DNA from: a virus
Strand: one strand, 5' to 3'
DNA: 64,000 bases
Virus record (IMG/VR): IMGVR_UViG_3300025418_000011
Shown in pieces: positions 43,584 to 54,926 of this stretch. Position numbers and translations under genes: made by a program. Below the pieces are notes generated by a model, which worked only from the letters and a program-made list of their open reading frames with translations, was not told the origin of the DNA and did no database searches. Positions within the stretch are counted from its first letter, which is position 1; the number at the start of each line of letters is the position of its first letter.

Positions 43584-46500
43584 ATGCCTGTAGATGTAAC
43601 ACCTTTTGAAGGATATCCAAATTATAGTAGTTATAGGCCGTTAGGCAATAACTACGGAAATCCTGTATTAAATCTATTAGCTTACAGTGCTTTTGGAGGT
43701 AATTATGCCCCCAGACCCGAAGGTGATCAGGATATTTATGATGTATACCAGCAGAGAGAGCGAACTAGGGGATTTATGGGACTGCAGGCTCAGCAGTTTT
43801 CACAAAATATGCTTTTTAAAGCAGCAGGTTTAGATCCTAATAATGAAGTATTGAATACTCTTGGACATACTCTTGCAGGTCCAGATAGTCCCATGGCTCG
43901 CCTTTTATCTCCTCTTATCGGGGGAAACCCTATGGCTGCGTCTCAAGAAGCCTTCGCCGGCTTCCAGGGAGCTAATATAATGGGTGCCTTTGGTCGTCAG
44001 ACTGGTGTTAGTTCTGGGGAGGTAGCTAAATTGATGAGCACTCTAGAGAAAAGCTTTTATAAAAAAGAAGATTTGACTACCACAGGAAACAAGCTAAATA
44101 AAGAGTTTACAGACCGGCTCATAACGGATCCTGAGTTAGCTAGACAGGCAGGTATAGGAGTTCAAGACGAAGCCTCCGCCGAGAAAACTAAAAAAATAGG
44201 AAAGAGCAGAAGAGAAACTGCAGAAGCCCTTGATAGCGACGTAGACACATTAGTTGCTAATGAGCTAAAAAAAGACACCACAGACTATAAAAAAGAATTA
44301 TCTAAAAATATAAGCGACCACCTCAAGAAGACTCTTTTAAATTCTAAAAAGCTCACAGAAGAAGAATTGAAGAAAGCTACGGATCCTAACGGTATAATAA
44401 ATCCTGAGGTTGTAAGAAATTTAACAAGAGCTCAAAAGCAAAGAGCAGCTATTGAGGAAGCCGGCCTAGACTACAACAAAATAAAGGGCACAAAATTAAC
44501 AGATGTTGCGGAAAATATTACAAAAAATAGAGAAGCTAAAGATATTAGGTTAAATACTATAAATAGCCTCAGAGCAGAGTATGATAGTGCAACAAGTCCT
44601 GCAGATAAAAAAGAAATAGAGAAAAAAATAAAACAGGAGCTTATATCTAGTGGTATAAAAGAATCCGACATCAAAACAACCGGCGGAGGCATACTTGGCT
44701 TTAATTCAGCGAATAAACATATAGATATCGACTATCTAAATGAAGTTGAAAATAAGATGAAGGCCAAAACATACTCTGAGTATATGGCTCAGCAATACCA
44801 GCAGTATAAGAAAGCTGGAGGTAGATATGCTGGTATAAATTTTGAAAACACAAGAGGATTTAATATAGAAGACTTTACCTCTGCGTATAAAACGTCAGCT
44901 GAGTTAGGTATGCTTGGTAGTAAGGGCACTTTTACAGGCAAGTTTGATCAATTCATGCAAAATGCAGGGGGAACGCTAAGTGCGGCCAGATCCGTGTTTG
45001 GCAATAAGTCCGGAGCAGAACTCACCAGCAAAATAAGCAATTTGATGGGATCCGACGCGGTAGATATGTCCTCTAAATCAGGCTCTCAAGATATAGAGAA
45101 ATATTTGAGAGATATGAAAGCTACCGCAAGGGTTGCTGGGGTTAGCATAAATGCAATGCTAGATACTATAGACGCGGCAAAACAATTAGCTAACAATAAC
45201 CCGAGGTTAAAATATTTAAGCTCCGCCGCTACCACAGACATGACCGTAAAAGCATTCCAAACAGCATCTGCATTATCTAGTGCTATGAGTAGTAGCGAAA
45301 TTAGAAAAGCGGGAGGAACACAAGGAATAGTTGCGCAGCAAATATCAGAAAGACAAAGAATAGGTAGCTCAGACCAAAACCTGAGACTTGTTGCGCTGCA
45401 GCAGGCCTATGCAGGAGATCCTCAAAAGCTAGCCGCAGTGCAAGCGGCTATGCAAAAGTTCAAGGAGGGAGGAATTTCACAGCAGCAATTACCTGAATTT
45501 ATTTCAGAGATAAAGAAACAGAAGGGTATGGAGAATGTGAGTACTGCCGAGCTCATGCGTAATATGACTGACAAATATTACATGGAGCAGGGCAAGAAAA
45601 ATAGCAAGTTTTTCAATACAGCCACAGATCTATCAACACAAGCCGTAAAGAAGGAATTTCTACTTAACGCTTACTACAGTGGTGTTTCTGAGGTGGATAG
45701 AGCGGGAGGTGAAAAAGCTTTTGAAGAGGCGAAGAAGAAAAACCCCAGTTTAAACAAATCTGACTTTTTAGCAGACTATACTAAAAAGCAATTAGTTAGT
45801 GGTTATGACGAATATCTTAAACAGAATCCCCAGGGTAGTCTCTCTGACTTTGTGGGTAGTAAGCTCAAAGGTGCGCCTGGAGCAACTGCCCTAATGCGAG
45901 ATGACTTGGTAGGCGGGACAATCATGTCTAGCTTATACGAAGCCACAAATCCACAGGTTTTTGAAAACGTAAAAAAAATTAGAGAAAATCAAGTAGCTGT
46001 GGACACAGCTTTGGATAAAAAATACGCCAGCAGGTATGCCCCAGTAATAACACAAGCAATTTCAAAATTAGCAGAGGGCGGTAAATTTGACGAGGGTACC
46101 GCAGCTCAAATAATGGGAATATTCGGGGACACAGCTAAGGGTGAAAAATTAAAACCAGGACTTCAGCAGGCCGTGGTAAGCGCCGGAGCAGATGATATCT
46201 CCCACAACTACAGGGACACGATTAAAGGACTCAACGCAGCTACAGGAGCAGGACTAACCGAGGAGGCATTAAAGAATATTCAAGATGCCGGGTTCATGGA
46301 CAAAGATGTAGGAGACGCGAAGGGGAGACTAGAGACACTGAGGAAAAACAAAAATAAACTCGGGGAGGCAGAAAGAAAACAATTATCTGCTTTAGAATCC
46401 CTGGATAAGCTAGGTATATTATCTAGTCAAAAGGCATATTCTACGGCCAAGAAAGGTGCAGAAGGGGGGCATCTTGCGGGCGGCATAACCGCAGCCACAA

Positions 46501-46967
46501 TCACAGGGCAAGAGGCAGCGATAGCTAGAGCAGACTTTGAAAAACAAGAAGGAAAAACTATTTTAGGTGGGGTAGATACACTATTGGCCAGTGCTGCAAA
46601 AGGAAACAAAGACCAAGAAATTCAAAAAGATATAAGCGCAATAAAAGATTATTATCGTGGAGATAATAAGAAGCTCCTCACAGACATGGAAAAAAGTGAG
46701 GGGCTATTTAATAAAGCTTCGAAAGAAGCTAAAAAATACGGGGTAGACCTCGAATCCGAAAAATTTAAAGGTGTAGTTAGCGGGTTAAAAGAAGTTAAAA
46801 ATAACTTTGAAGAAGCTTCTGAAAAAGCCATGGGTGGAAAAGATATGGATGACTCAGGCGCAAGCTCACCACAAGACGAAGCATCCAAACATTTAGCAGA
46901 TCTTACAAAAGCATTAAATGACAGTAAATTAGCAAATGCTGTTGTAGCTTTGGCAGGTAAAGTATAA
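43584..46967 (+). CDS. tape measure protein
   Basis: 1127 aa, helical A/K/G/E-rich, after chaperone pair. Confidence 0.85.
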   Translation: MPVDVTPFEGYPNYSSYRPLGNNYGNPVLNLLAYSAFGGNYAPRPEGDQDIYDVYQQRERTRGFMGLQAQQFSQNMLFKAAGLDPNNEVLNTLGHTLAGPDSPMARLLSPLIGGNPMAASQEAFAGFQGANIMGAFGRQTGVSSGEVAKLMSTLEKSFYKKEDLTTTGNKLNKEFTDRLITDPELARQAGIGVQDEASAEKTKKIGKSRRETAEALDSDVDTLVANELKKDTTDYKKELSKNISDHLKKTLLNSKKLTEEELKKATDPNGIINPEVVRNLTRAQKQRAAIEEAGLDYNKIKGTKLTDVAENITKNREAKDIRLNTINSLRAEYDSATSPADKKEIEKKIKQELISSGIKESDIKTTGGGILGFNSANKHIDIDYLNEVENKMKAKTYSEYMAQQYQQYKKAGGRYAGINFENTRGFNIEDFTSAYKTSAELGMLGSKGTFTGKFDQFMQNAGGTLSAARSVFGNKSGAELTSKISNLMGSDAVDMSSKSGSQDIEKYLRDMKATARVAGVSINAMLDTIDAAKQLANNNPRLKYLSSAATTDMTVKAFQTASALSSAMSSSEIRKAGGTQGIVAQQISERQRIGSSDQNLRLVALQQAYAGDPQKLAAVQAAMQKFKEGGISQQQLPEFISEIKKQKGMENVSTAELMRNMTDKYYMEQGKKNSKFFNTATDLSTQAVKKEFLLNAYYSGVSEVDRAGGEKAFEEAKKKNPSLNKSDFLADYTKKQLVSGYDEYLKQNPQGSLSDFVGSKLKGAPGATALMRDDLVGGTIMSSLYEATNPQVFENVKKIRENQVAVDTALDKKYASRYAPVITQAISKLAEGGKFDEGTAAQIMGIFGDTAKGEKLKPGLQQAVVSAGADDISHNYRDTIKGLNAATGAGLTEEALKNIQDAGFMDKDVGDAKGRLETLRKNKNKLGEAERKQLSALESLDKLGILSSQKAYSTAKKGAEGGHLAGGITAATITGQEAAIARADFEKQEGKTILGGVDTLLASAAKGNKDQEIQKDISAIKDYYRGDNKKLLTDMEKSEGLFNKASKEAKKYGVDLESEKFKGVVSGLKEVKNNFEEASEKAMGGKDMDDSGASSPQDEASKHLADLTKALNDSKLANAVVALAGKV

Positions 46968-46978
46968 TATAAAAATAT

Positions 46979-47422
46979 ATGGCTGCTACTTTTTACCAAG
47001 GATCCGGAGATGTTTTTAAACGCGGAACAGGCGGGGCATCTTCTATTTTAACGATTCCCTCACTAGACGCTATAATAGGACAATCAGGTTTAGCAGTATA
47101 TTCCGACGTAACTCTTCAACTCGGAGAAACAATACAATATTTTTTAACGTTTGACGACGTTATCAAGTATATTCATTTTGGTAAGGGTGTTGGAAATATC
47201 ACGGCAAATGGAACTTTATTTTCTGATTGTTCCCAAAATTTACCAGGAGCCTCCCAATATCTCTCAGCTTTTTCTTCATTGAGAGGCACAACACAGCAAA
47301 TAACCATGGGCGGGCAAACCTTTACTGTTGTGGTCACTAATGCAAATTTAACAATGCTTTCAGAACCCGACTTTATGGGCAATTTTCAAATGTCTTTTTC
47401 CGTAGTAGACCATCATCTTTAA
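46979..47422 (+). CDS. tube-initiator-like baseplate protein
   Basis: Follows TMP; YIHFGKGVGNITANG pattern; tube-like size. Confidence 0.6.
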   Translation: MAATFYQGSGDVFKRGTGGASSILTIPSLDAIIGQSGLAVYSDVTLQLGETIQYFLTFDDVIKYIHFGKGVGNITANGTLFSDCSQNLPGASQYLSAFSSLRGTTQQITMGGQTFTVVVTNANLTMLSEPDFMGNFQMSFSVVDHHL

Positions 47423-47427
47423 TTCAT

Positions 47428-48261
47428 ATGGTTAATCATTACGCCACTTTATTAATGAATCTTCCCGGGGTCAAAAATGGGGGAACTCCTTCTTATTTTA
47501 TAGATAGAAACTATTCTCCCGTGACACTACCAAAGGCCCTGCAGGATTTTTACAATATAATTTTTCCGCCTGCAACAACAGCATATCAAAAGCAATTTTT
47601 ATGTTATTCTTACCTAAGGTTGATACATTCAACAGGGCTAGTTGACCTATTAACATCGTTTGATAATAGAATTACATATGATTTAGATAAATTAACTGAA
47701 TATTTTAGAACTTATCAAATCTCTCCGCCTGTAAGTAATAATCCAAATTACTCATTGTTAGTTACAGGTAAATACAAAAACAATAAAAATAATTATTATT
47801 ATAATTCATATACTGTTTCTCAGCTGGGCTCTACAAATACCATTTCAGTCTTTTCAAATATAGATAAGCTTTTTTTAAATGGTAACCAATTTGGGCAAAC
47901 CTTAACAGGAGATCTAACCATACCATTAACAATATCCCAAAACTCTCCTACCTCTTCTACATCGATGCAAATAGGGGGCTCAAACCTTTCTTTCATTATT
48001 ACTGGTCCACTTAATAACTTTAACCTATCTTCAAACAAACAGTGGACTTTTATTGCAGAGGCTCCTTTACGTTTTTCTTTTCAAGATACATTAAAGGCTT
48101 TAGAGTTAGCCAACAGCAAGGTGGATAATATGATTAACTATGGTTTAGACACAGATGAAAAAACAAACGAAAATATATGGAATTTACACTTTAATTCTGT
48201 ATATAGATTTGCTGGGCTTTTAAATTGCTATATCACTAGGGTAAACAAACTCATTAAATAA
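47428..48261 (+). CDS. baseplate-region structural protein
   Basis: Synteny; N/S/T-rich. Confidence 0.55.
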   Translation: MVNHYATLLMNLPGVKNGGTPSYFIDRNYSPVTLPKALQDFYNIIFPPATTAYQKQFLCYSYLRLIHSTGLVDLLTSFDNRITYDLDKLTEYFRTYQISPPVSNNPNYSLLVTGKYKNNKNNYYYNSYTVSQLGSTNTISVFSNIDKLFLNGNQFGQTLTGDLTIPLTISQNSPTSSTSMQIGGSNLSFIITGPLNNFNLSSNKQWTFIAEAPLRFSFQDTLKALELANSKVDNMINYGLDTDEKTNENIWNLHFNSVYRFAGLLNCYITRVNKLIK

Positions 48262-48270
48262 TTTAAATAA

Positions 48271-49974
48271 ATGCCATCAGACGTACAGCTCTCCGTATCT
48301 CCCTTACCTGGTGTGACAGTTACCGGAGTTACTTTAAATTTTACTGCTGGAGCTATCCCGGTGTGTACGGTAGATTTTGCGCCAGCGGAACCGGGACCTC
48401 CGGCAAGAATATCAGGAAATACCAGCGGAATCCTTGCATCTCCCGACACGTTTAAAAGACAAACTCTTATAAATGTTAACATAAGTACAAAAGAATCCTC
48501 AGGAGTTGGCGGTAGTAGGTCACACAATTTATCCTGGAAAGGATTTTTAGACGGTGTTAGTTCAAGCAACAATGTAGGAGATATCAGATACCAAGCAGTG
48601 CTTAAGGGTAAAGCTCAAACATTATTGGAATTAACCACAATGACTCCTGGTTTAACTCCGGATTCTGTGGACATATATAAAAATCCATATTATTCAATTT
48701 TATCAAATTCTGATAATCCCGATGATCAAAGCGATGAAGCGATGATTAATAAGGCTTTTTCGTCTGGGTTAGACCCAACTGAAAATCCATTAAAGTTTTA
48801 TATTAAATTAATAAAAACAATATTAAATATTCAAAAATCAGATTTTAGTACATTTATAGGTAAAGAACAAGACACTCAAAATCAGCAAGCATTAGTACAG
48901 ATATATAGCGAAGAACGATATCAGAAAGCCATAACTAAGGCATTAGATATAATCGAAGCTATTGACATTTCTTCAGTTGATGGAGGAGTGCTTACAGATA
49001 TTAAATCTTCTCTACCTAATGCGATGAGCGTAATAAAGCATTTTTTCTTTAAAGGGTCTAATGTAATTTTAGAGAATTTTTTGAACTTTTTAAGCTTTTT
49101 AGGTTTAACTATAGTATTTGGCTCAGAAAGAGGATTTGTTATACCTGAAAGATCTTTTATTACACAAACGCACTCAAGACCAGGACCCAAACAACAGTCT
49201 TCAGAAATAAATAAAGCATATCCTGCGGACTATGGAGGTTATTCCTACAATGACAATGGATACAAAGATGTTTTTGCCGTGCTATTGGCTAACCGAGTTA
49301 TAGTTACCGGACAGAATCTAAACGATTTGCCCCTTAATTGTAACATGATAGGGTATTATAAAGATGAAAATGAATTAACTAATGCTTCGGGTGTTTTAAT
49401 TATAGAAGAACATCCATTTTCATTTTTAACGCAGGATAGTGAAAATTACGCTGGCGATGCAAAATCTTTAAAAACCAAAGCAGACGCCGGACCGTCTCAA
49501 TCTTATTATGGTGATAAGCAAGAGTACGGCTCAAACGATAGCCAGGAAAATCAAAAAGATAGGGCGCAAAGCAAGCAGGACATTTACAAAGGACAACTAG
49601 CCAACCCTGATAAATTAAAAAATTACGCTCAAATTAAATTTTATCAGGCTAGATATGGAGAAAGAAAAGGAAGTATAACTATGTCATTTAACGCCAAATG
49701 GGCTCCAGGAGCAGGAGGAACCATATTTGTTAAGTCTGGAGAAAATAACTCTGGGGCATTTTTAGACTTTTGGGTAGAAAGCGTAACTCATCGAGTAGAT
49801 ATGACCCCTCCAGCAGGTGGGGCAGCTATAACAATTGTAAATTTTTGTTGTGGTAGATGGGGCGGAGTTCCCCCGGAACCCGTGGGAGTAAAAGAGGATG
49901 CCTTTACTGGATACAACCAAGGTAAAGAAGATTCATTTAAAAGCAATTTTACAGGAGACATAGGAGCCTCTTAA
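48271..49974 (+). CDS. baseplate hub protein (gp27-like)
   Basis: C-terminal RKGSITMSFNAKWAPG...WVESVTHRVD pattern of hub proteins. Confidence 0.6.
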   Translation: MPSDVQLSVSPLPGVTVTGVTLNFTAGAIPVCTVDFAPAEPGPPARISGNTSGILASPDTFKRQTLINVNISTKESSGVGGSRSHNLSWKGFLDGVSSSNNVGDIRYQAVLKGKAQTLLELTTMTPGLTPDSVDIYKNPYYSILSNSDNPDDQSDEAMINKAFSSGLDPTENPLKFYIKLIKTILNIQKSDFSTFIGKEQDTQNQQALVQIYSEERYQKAITKALDIIEAIDISSVDGGVLTDIKSSLPNAMSVIKHFFFKGSNVILENFLNFLSFLGLTIVFGSERGFVIPERSFITQTHSRPGPKQQSSEINKAYPADYGGYSYNDNGYKDVFAVLLANRVIVTGQNLNDLPLNCNMIGYYKDENELTNASGVLIIEEHPFSFLTQDSENYAGDAKSLKTKADAGPSQSYYGDKQEYGSNDSQENQKDRAQSKQDIYKGQLANPDKLKNYAQIKFYQARYGERKGSITMSFNAKWAPGAGGTIFVKSGENNSGAFLDFWVESVTHRVDMTPPAGGAAITIVNFCCGRWGGVPPEPVGVKEDAFTGYNQGKEDSFKSNFTGDIGAS

Positions 49975-49975
49975 T

Positions 49976-50614
49976 ATGCAAAATATCACTGAAATAAATA
50001 AACTGCTGACTGAGCATAAAAAACTCATAGATTCAGAAGCAAAAAAATATTCAACAAATATTCCTTTTATTACTGCACAGATAGAGGCACATAGATTGGC
50101 CAGAGGTGCGGCAGAAAGTTATTCTCCAAGCATGGGTAAATTTAGCACACATCTTGTTAATAGCTTAAAAAAATTATCTAGACTTTCTACGCAATACGGC
50201 AGCTCTGTGAGACTTCCAGAAAATACACAATTTGCAATAAACAAACTCAATAATATAGAAAAGCAACTAGATAGTGAGCTAGGGCGCAATCCCACCGTAG
50301 AAGAGCTATCCGACTATTCAGGAATGAATATAAAAACAATTAATAATTTGCTTAAAAACAAAAAATCCATAATTTCTTTTAATAACATGTTAAATACTCC
50401 CACAATCATGGATAGCTCTAATGATGAATGGGTTGCATTTGTTTATCACGATTTAACCCCTAAAGATAAATTAATATTTGAACACATGACAGGTTTCGGA
50501 GGGAGACCTACTTTACCTATAAAAAACATAGCAAAGAAATTAAATATTTCAGAAGCGCAAGCAAATCAAAGGATAAAATTGATAAGCGATAAAATTAACG
50601 AAGGATGGAAATAA
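49976..50614 (+). CDS. sigma70-family RNA polymerase sigma factor (regions 2-4, no region 1)
   Basis: YSPSMGKFSTHL (2.3), SSVRLPE, LDSELGRNPTVEELSD (3), LTPKDKLIF...IKNIAKKLNISEAQANQR (4.2 HTH). Confidence 0.88.
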   Translation: MQNITEINKLLTEHKKLIDSEAKKYSTNIPFITAQIEAHRLARGAAESYSPSMGKFSTHLVNSLKKLSRLSTQYGSSVRLPENTQFAINKLNNIEKQLDSELGRNPTVEELSDYSGMNIKTINNLLKNKKSIISFNNMLNTPTIMDSSNDEWVAFVYHDLTPKDKLIFEHMTGFGGRPTLPIKNIAKKLNISEAQANQRIKLISDKINEGWK

Positions 50615-50615
50615 T

Positions 50616-51029
50616 ATGATAGCAAATCTTTTACCAAAATTAACTCAGTTAATGAATGTGTTCTTTTCTAAAGAACTCCCGTTATCAATGACCACGCCAG
50701 GAATGGCTAGAAAATGGTTTCTAGACTCTGTTAACTGGGAAGGCACCCTCAAAATGGAAGATCTCCAAAAGGCCACAGATAGGACTAACTTAAACTCAGA
50801 TTATACAGAGCGTTTTAAAGTAGAGGATGCTAAGTCCAGAAAAGGAATTTCTGCTATTAAGTTAGAGATAAGTCAACTATACTCATTTAATAAATCATTC
50901 GTTCTAAGACATCAGTCAAGACTGCAATATTATAGAGGAGACTTGTCCCAAAAGGGAGGAAGAACTATGTATAATGTTTGGCAGTCTATAGCTATATTTA
51001 ATACATTTAAAACAAAACTAGACGTATAA
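50616..51029 (+). CDS. hypothetical protein (137 aa)
   Basis: Coupled ORF. Confidence 0.7.
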   Translation: MIANLLPKLTQLMNVFFSKELPLSMTTPGMARKWFLDSVNWEGTLKMEDLQKATDRTNLNSDYTERFKVEDAKSRKGISAIKLEISQLYSFNKSFVLRHQSRLQYYRGDLSQKGGRTMYNVWQSIAIFNTFKTKLDV

Positions 51030-51030
51030 A

Positions 51031-51510
51031 ATGCCTATTTCAGGAACATCTACAAATTATACTGGTAGAAAGGTAGACGTAAGTATTTTACGCACACCGT
51101 CACCTAACGTTGCTACGCCTGTAGCAGTTTCTCCGTCTTTTGGCAATCCTTCTCAGTTGTGCTCAGGTGTTCAAAAATTGGTACAAAGATATGCGATTAT
51201 TTTATTAACTAATGCAGGATCTCAAGAAAATTATAGTTCTTTTGGTACATCTTTTTTACAAACTTTACAGCAAGGTTTGTCGCCGGTAGATAATATAAGA
51301 GCTGGCCAGATATTTTCTCTTGCAGATTATCTTGCTGTTAATATTATTAAAAATTATCAAATCAACAATTCAGATATGCCTGCAGACGAACAATTAAGTA
51401 GTACTAAGCTATTAGGGATTATATTGACTCCTGGTTCTGTAAGTTTTTCTGTACAAATAACAACATTAGCTGGTGATGTTGTTAGCTTTCTGGTACCTTT
51501 ACCTATATAA
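51031..51510 (+). CDS. baseplate wedge protein (gp25-like)
   Basis: GVQKLVQRYAIILLT...GS...FGT pattern; precedes baseplate J. Confidence 0.7.
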   Translation: MPISGTSTNYTGRKVDVSILRTPSPNVATPVAVSPSFGNPSQLCSGVQKLVQRYAIILLTNAGSQENYSSFGTSFLQTLQQGLSPVDNIRAGQIFSLADYLAVNIIKNYQINNSDMPADEQLSSTKLLGIILTPGSVSFSVQITTLAGDVVSFLVPLPI

Positions 51511-51513
51511 TTT

Positions 51514-53130
51514 ATGAGTGAATCAGTGCAAGATACAGCCACCAGGCTAACAACATTTATAAGCCAAAATTTCGCTAATGCGGATACTGCTCCAGGATCT
51601 GTAATAAGCGAACTTGTGATAAAATTGGCTGCGTCTCTTCAAAATGTTCAATATAACAATATTTCCTCTCTATCTCAGGGGCAGGCCATAAGCCAGGCAC
51701 TAGCCAGCACCACCGGCACATATACTTCAACTATAGATTTAATTGCCTCTAACTATAATACCATTAGAAATCAAGGAGCCTATTCTACCGGAAATATACA
51801 AGTTTATGTTAGTTCTCCTGGCAATTATACAGTCTCTAACACACTTCAATTCATTCAACCTACTCTTCAGTTAGTTTATCAGGTAAACAGCGCTTACAGA
51901 ATATCTTTAACTCCAAATATATCCGCCGGAGAGTTACAACTATACACAGAGGGAAATAAATATTATTTTATTCTTCCTGTAACTGCAACTGCGGTGGGCT
52001 ATGCATCTCAAGTGTCTTCAGGTACAGTATTTTCTACGGTTATTACTGGAGTAATATCCAACTTTGTTTCCGCCAATGCTTATGGTAATTTTACCTCGGG
52101 TCTTCCAGAACAAACCGACCAGCAACTAATTTCTACATTTAAAAATAAGCTGGGTAGTTCGAGATTTGAATCTCCGGCAGGTATAGCGAATAGACTTTCG
52201 AATATATATCCAACTTTTCAAACCTTGTCTGTTTGTGGAGCTAATGATGTTGAAATGACCAGGTCTAAACAAAACTCTTTTGGCATTTCTACATTTGGTA
52301 TGGCGGATGTTTATTTACGCAATTGTGTGGGAGTGGAGACATACACAGCTATAGTTACAGGTAAAAAAATAGCTGCAAGTACCTGGCAGTTTAATTTAGA
52401 TAATTCTTATTGCGCGGGGTTTTATACAGTTTTTTCAATAATACCTAATTCCACGCAGCTCCTAGGGGGTACTTTACCTATAACCAACATTACTTATGGG
52501 TATCGAACATTTGAATCAACCATTAATAATGTTTTAAATAACTATAAGGATGCTAGATTTACAAAGTATCAAACAGCTACGATAACGTTTACATATGATG
52601 AAAATCCATTACTGGCTGTGGGGAGCACCGCAGATTTTGTGGTTTCTTCATACTATCAACCGCATATAGGGGATATTCAGGATTTAGTCACGTCTAGTGA
52701 TGAACGTCTCGCTTGTGCGGATTATTTGGTTAAAGCCGCCCTACCCTGCTTTGTTTCTTTAAACCTTTCATTGGTATTGAACAACCCCAATGACACATAT
52801 GACTCCTTGAAGTTAAACCAATTGAAGCAGGATATTTTTACATATATAAATACGATACCGTTCGGTGGATCTGTACATGCGTCGAATATAGTAAAAATTT
52901 GCCATAATTATAATATATCTAGAGTTGAACTTCCTATAAGCATGACAGGAAAGATTCTATGTAACGATGGCACAACAATAACTATAACCGGAAGCGATAG
53001 TCTAGAAATACCAACTAATATTCCTCTGGGGGTTTCTCCAAAAACCGTACAATTTTTTATAAATTATTTTGACACCTCTATTGGTGGTGCAGGTGTAATT
53101 GACAATATTGGAATTACTCTGGTGTCATGA
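51514..53130 (+). CDS. baseplate J-like wedge protein (gp6)
   Basis: DTAPGSVISEL, VTATAVG, FTSGLPEQTDQQL, GMADVYL motifs. Confidence 0.85.
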   Translation: MSESVQDTATRLTTFISQNFANADTAPGSVISELVIKLAASLQNVQYNNISSLSQGQAISQALASTTGTYTSTIDLIASNYNTIRNQGAYSTGNIQVYVSSPGNYTVSNTLQFIQPTLQLVYQVNSAYRISLTPNISAGELQLYTEGNKYYFILPVTATAVGYASQVSSGTVFSTVITGVISNFVSANAYGNFTSGLPEQTDQQLISTFKNKLGSSRFESPAGIANRLSNIYPTFQTLSVCGANDVEMTRSKQNSFGISTFGMADVYLRNCVGVETYTAIVTGKKIAASTWQFNLDNSYCAGFYTVFSIIPNSTQLLGGTLPITNITYGYRTFESTINNVLNNYKDARFTKYQTATITFTYDENPLLAVGSTADFVVSSYYQPHIGDIQDLVTSSDERLACADYLVKAALPCFVSLNLSLVLNNPNDTYDSLKLNQLKQDIFTYINTIPFGGSVHASNIVKICHNYNISRVELPISMTGKILCNDGTTITITGSDSLEIPTNIPLGVSPKTVQFFINYFDTSIGGAGVIDNIGITLVS

Positions 53131-54926
53131 ATTTAGGATTTTTATCTTCAAAATATCCATCAAGCGATTATACAAACAGTAATAATCTCTATATGTCTTT
53201 GGGTTCTTTTTGGACCCAAGTATTCCAGGAAACAGACACGCTAAAAGGCTATACTTTAGCCATGGCTGAAGAATTAATACAGAGTTATTATTCTCTCATA
53301 GATATATTGAATTCATATTCAGTAAAACAAATTCCTATCTTTAATAAGGTAAAATGGCAGCCAATAGTAATTCAAAAATCGAAATTTAATTATACTCCTA
53401 TTGAATTTGCTCCTAAGACTGTTGTTTTTGGCGCGCAGCCCGCCAATGATACGTATTACGCAGGTCAAACATTCTTGTTTGGTAAGTCAAAGAGCGCATC
53501 AAATGGAGTTTTTAATTTTTCTCCAACTTTTGATCTTAGAAAGTTTTCAGTAATTGCTGACAGAGTAATAGCTCCTTCTAATTTGTATGTTAACGGTGTG
53601 GATGTAGTCGTAGATGCGTCCAATGTACTTTATTTTAACGTAGATATTTTCAAAGACCCTGGTTTACCTAAAACAAATTTAATAAACACCAACGGCACTC
53701 CCGCCACCTTCGTAGATCAAGACGGTGTGACTCAAAATGACCAGTTGATTATTCTTTGGGGATATAATGCTCAGGTTGACAACAAAGAATTATATAATAA
53801 TTTTGGTTCTTTGTTTGACCTAAGGTTAAATTCTTCTGAAGCATATAAGGCCATACTGGAGGGGGTGTTTAATCTTTTTGTTTCTGGCCCTACAATTAAC
53901 GCTATTAAGTCCATAATGGCGGCATTTAACGGGGTAACTCCTGTGATTGAGGCAGAAGAAACTATTCAAGATATATACTCTGATAATTTGTTTAATTATG
54001 TGATTACAGATAAGAGAGTTTACAAATTTGAAATATATCAAACAATTTTAGAAAAGTTTAAAGCGGGCAGCGTTGTGTATGCCGGAGATATCTTGGTAGA
54101 TACTGTACAGTTTTATGATCAATTACTGGATAACCATTGGTGGAAAACGGTGGTTAATACACCAAAAATAGGTCTATCTCCACATATTTTTATAGGTAAT
54201 TATAAACATCAGCTGTTTTTTTCAACATCCCCAGAATTAGTAACCAGAGATATAAACGGAGATATAAATTTTCCCGTACTTGGAAATGCTTCAGATGTGG
54301 CACAATTTAATGCTTTTTTAAACGCACAAGAAAACGTACAAAGTAATTTAAAGGCACTAGGGCTTAATAATCCTGGAAATACTGCAGTTATAGTTCCGGC
54401 TGATTTTATATTTAACAATTTCATTAAAAGCAATACCGCATTACTTAAATTTAATTTTTATACACCTGACGATGTAGCTACATTTTTTAATTATTATCCA
54501 TTACTTCAAAAGTACCTTCCTTCTCATTTATATATTTTGTTGGATGTAAATTTAAATTTATCCGCAGATGTTTATTCTGGCATGAATTCTCGTTACAGTA
54601 TCCCAGGATTTCCTGGACTTCAATTTAGTATAGACGGCTCTAACGCAGACGGAACAAGACCAAGAACAGGTGTGAGTGACCCCGCGTACTATAAAGATTA
54701 TAAAAATAGACTTTTTTGTTTAAGTAAAACCCCACATGCCTATGATGGAAACCCTTTGTTTTACTCCGAAAATTTAGATAATCTAACACTAGCCAATTCT
54801 TCGGCAGCTAGAGGTGGTACGGGCCCTAGAGCTCTTGACGGTAAAGTATTCACTAATATACCAATAACAAACCCACCAAAAACAAATGGAGACATTCCTA
54901 CTGTGTTATTGATAGACTTTTCTTAA
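53127..54926 (+). CDS. baseplate wedge protein (gp7/gpI-like)
   Basis: LGSFW N-terminus, SEAYKAILEGVFNLFVSGPT; follows baseplate J. Confidence 0.65.
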   Translation: MNLGFLSSKYPSSDYTNSNNLYMSLGSFWTQVFQETDTLKGYTLAMAEELIQSYYSLIDILNSYSVKQIPIFNKVKWQPIVIQKSKFNYTPIEFAPKTVVFGAQPANDTYYAGQTFLFGKSKSASNGVFNFSPTFDLRKFSVIADRVIAPSNLYVNGVDVVVDASNVLYFNVDIFKDPGLPKTNLINTNGTPATFVDQDGVTQNDQLIILWGYNAQVDNKELYNNFGSLFDLRLNSSEAYKAILEGVFNLFVSGPTINAIKSIMAAFNGVTPVIEAEETIQDIYSDNLFNYVITDKRVYKFEIYQTILEKFKAGSVVYAGDILVDTVQFYDQLLDNHWWKTVVNTPKIGLSPHIFIGNYKHQLFFSTSPELVTRDINGDINFPVLGNASDVAQFNAFLNAQENVQSNLKALGLNNPGNTAVIVPADFIFNNFIKSNTALLKFNFYTPDDVATFFNYYPLLQKYLPSHLYILLDVNLNLSADVYSGMNSRYSIPGFPGLQFSIDGSNADGTRPRTGVSDPAYYKDYKNRLFCLSKTPHAYDGNPLFYSENLDNLTLANSSAARGGTGPRALDGKVFTNIPITNPPKTNGDIPTVLLIDFS

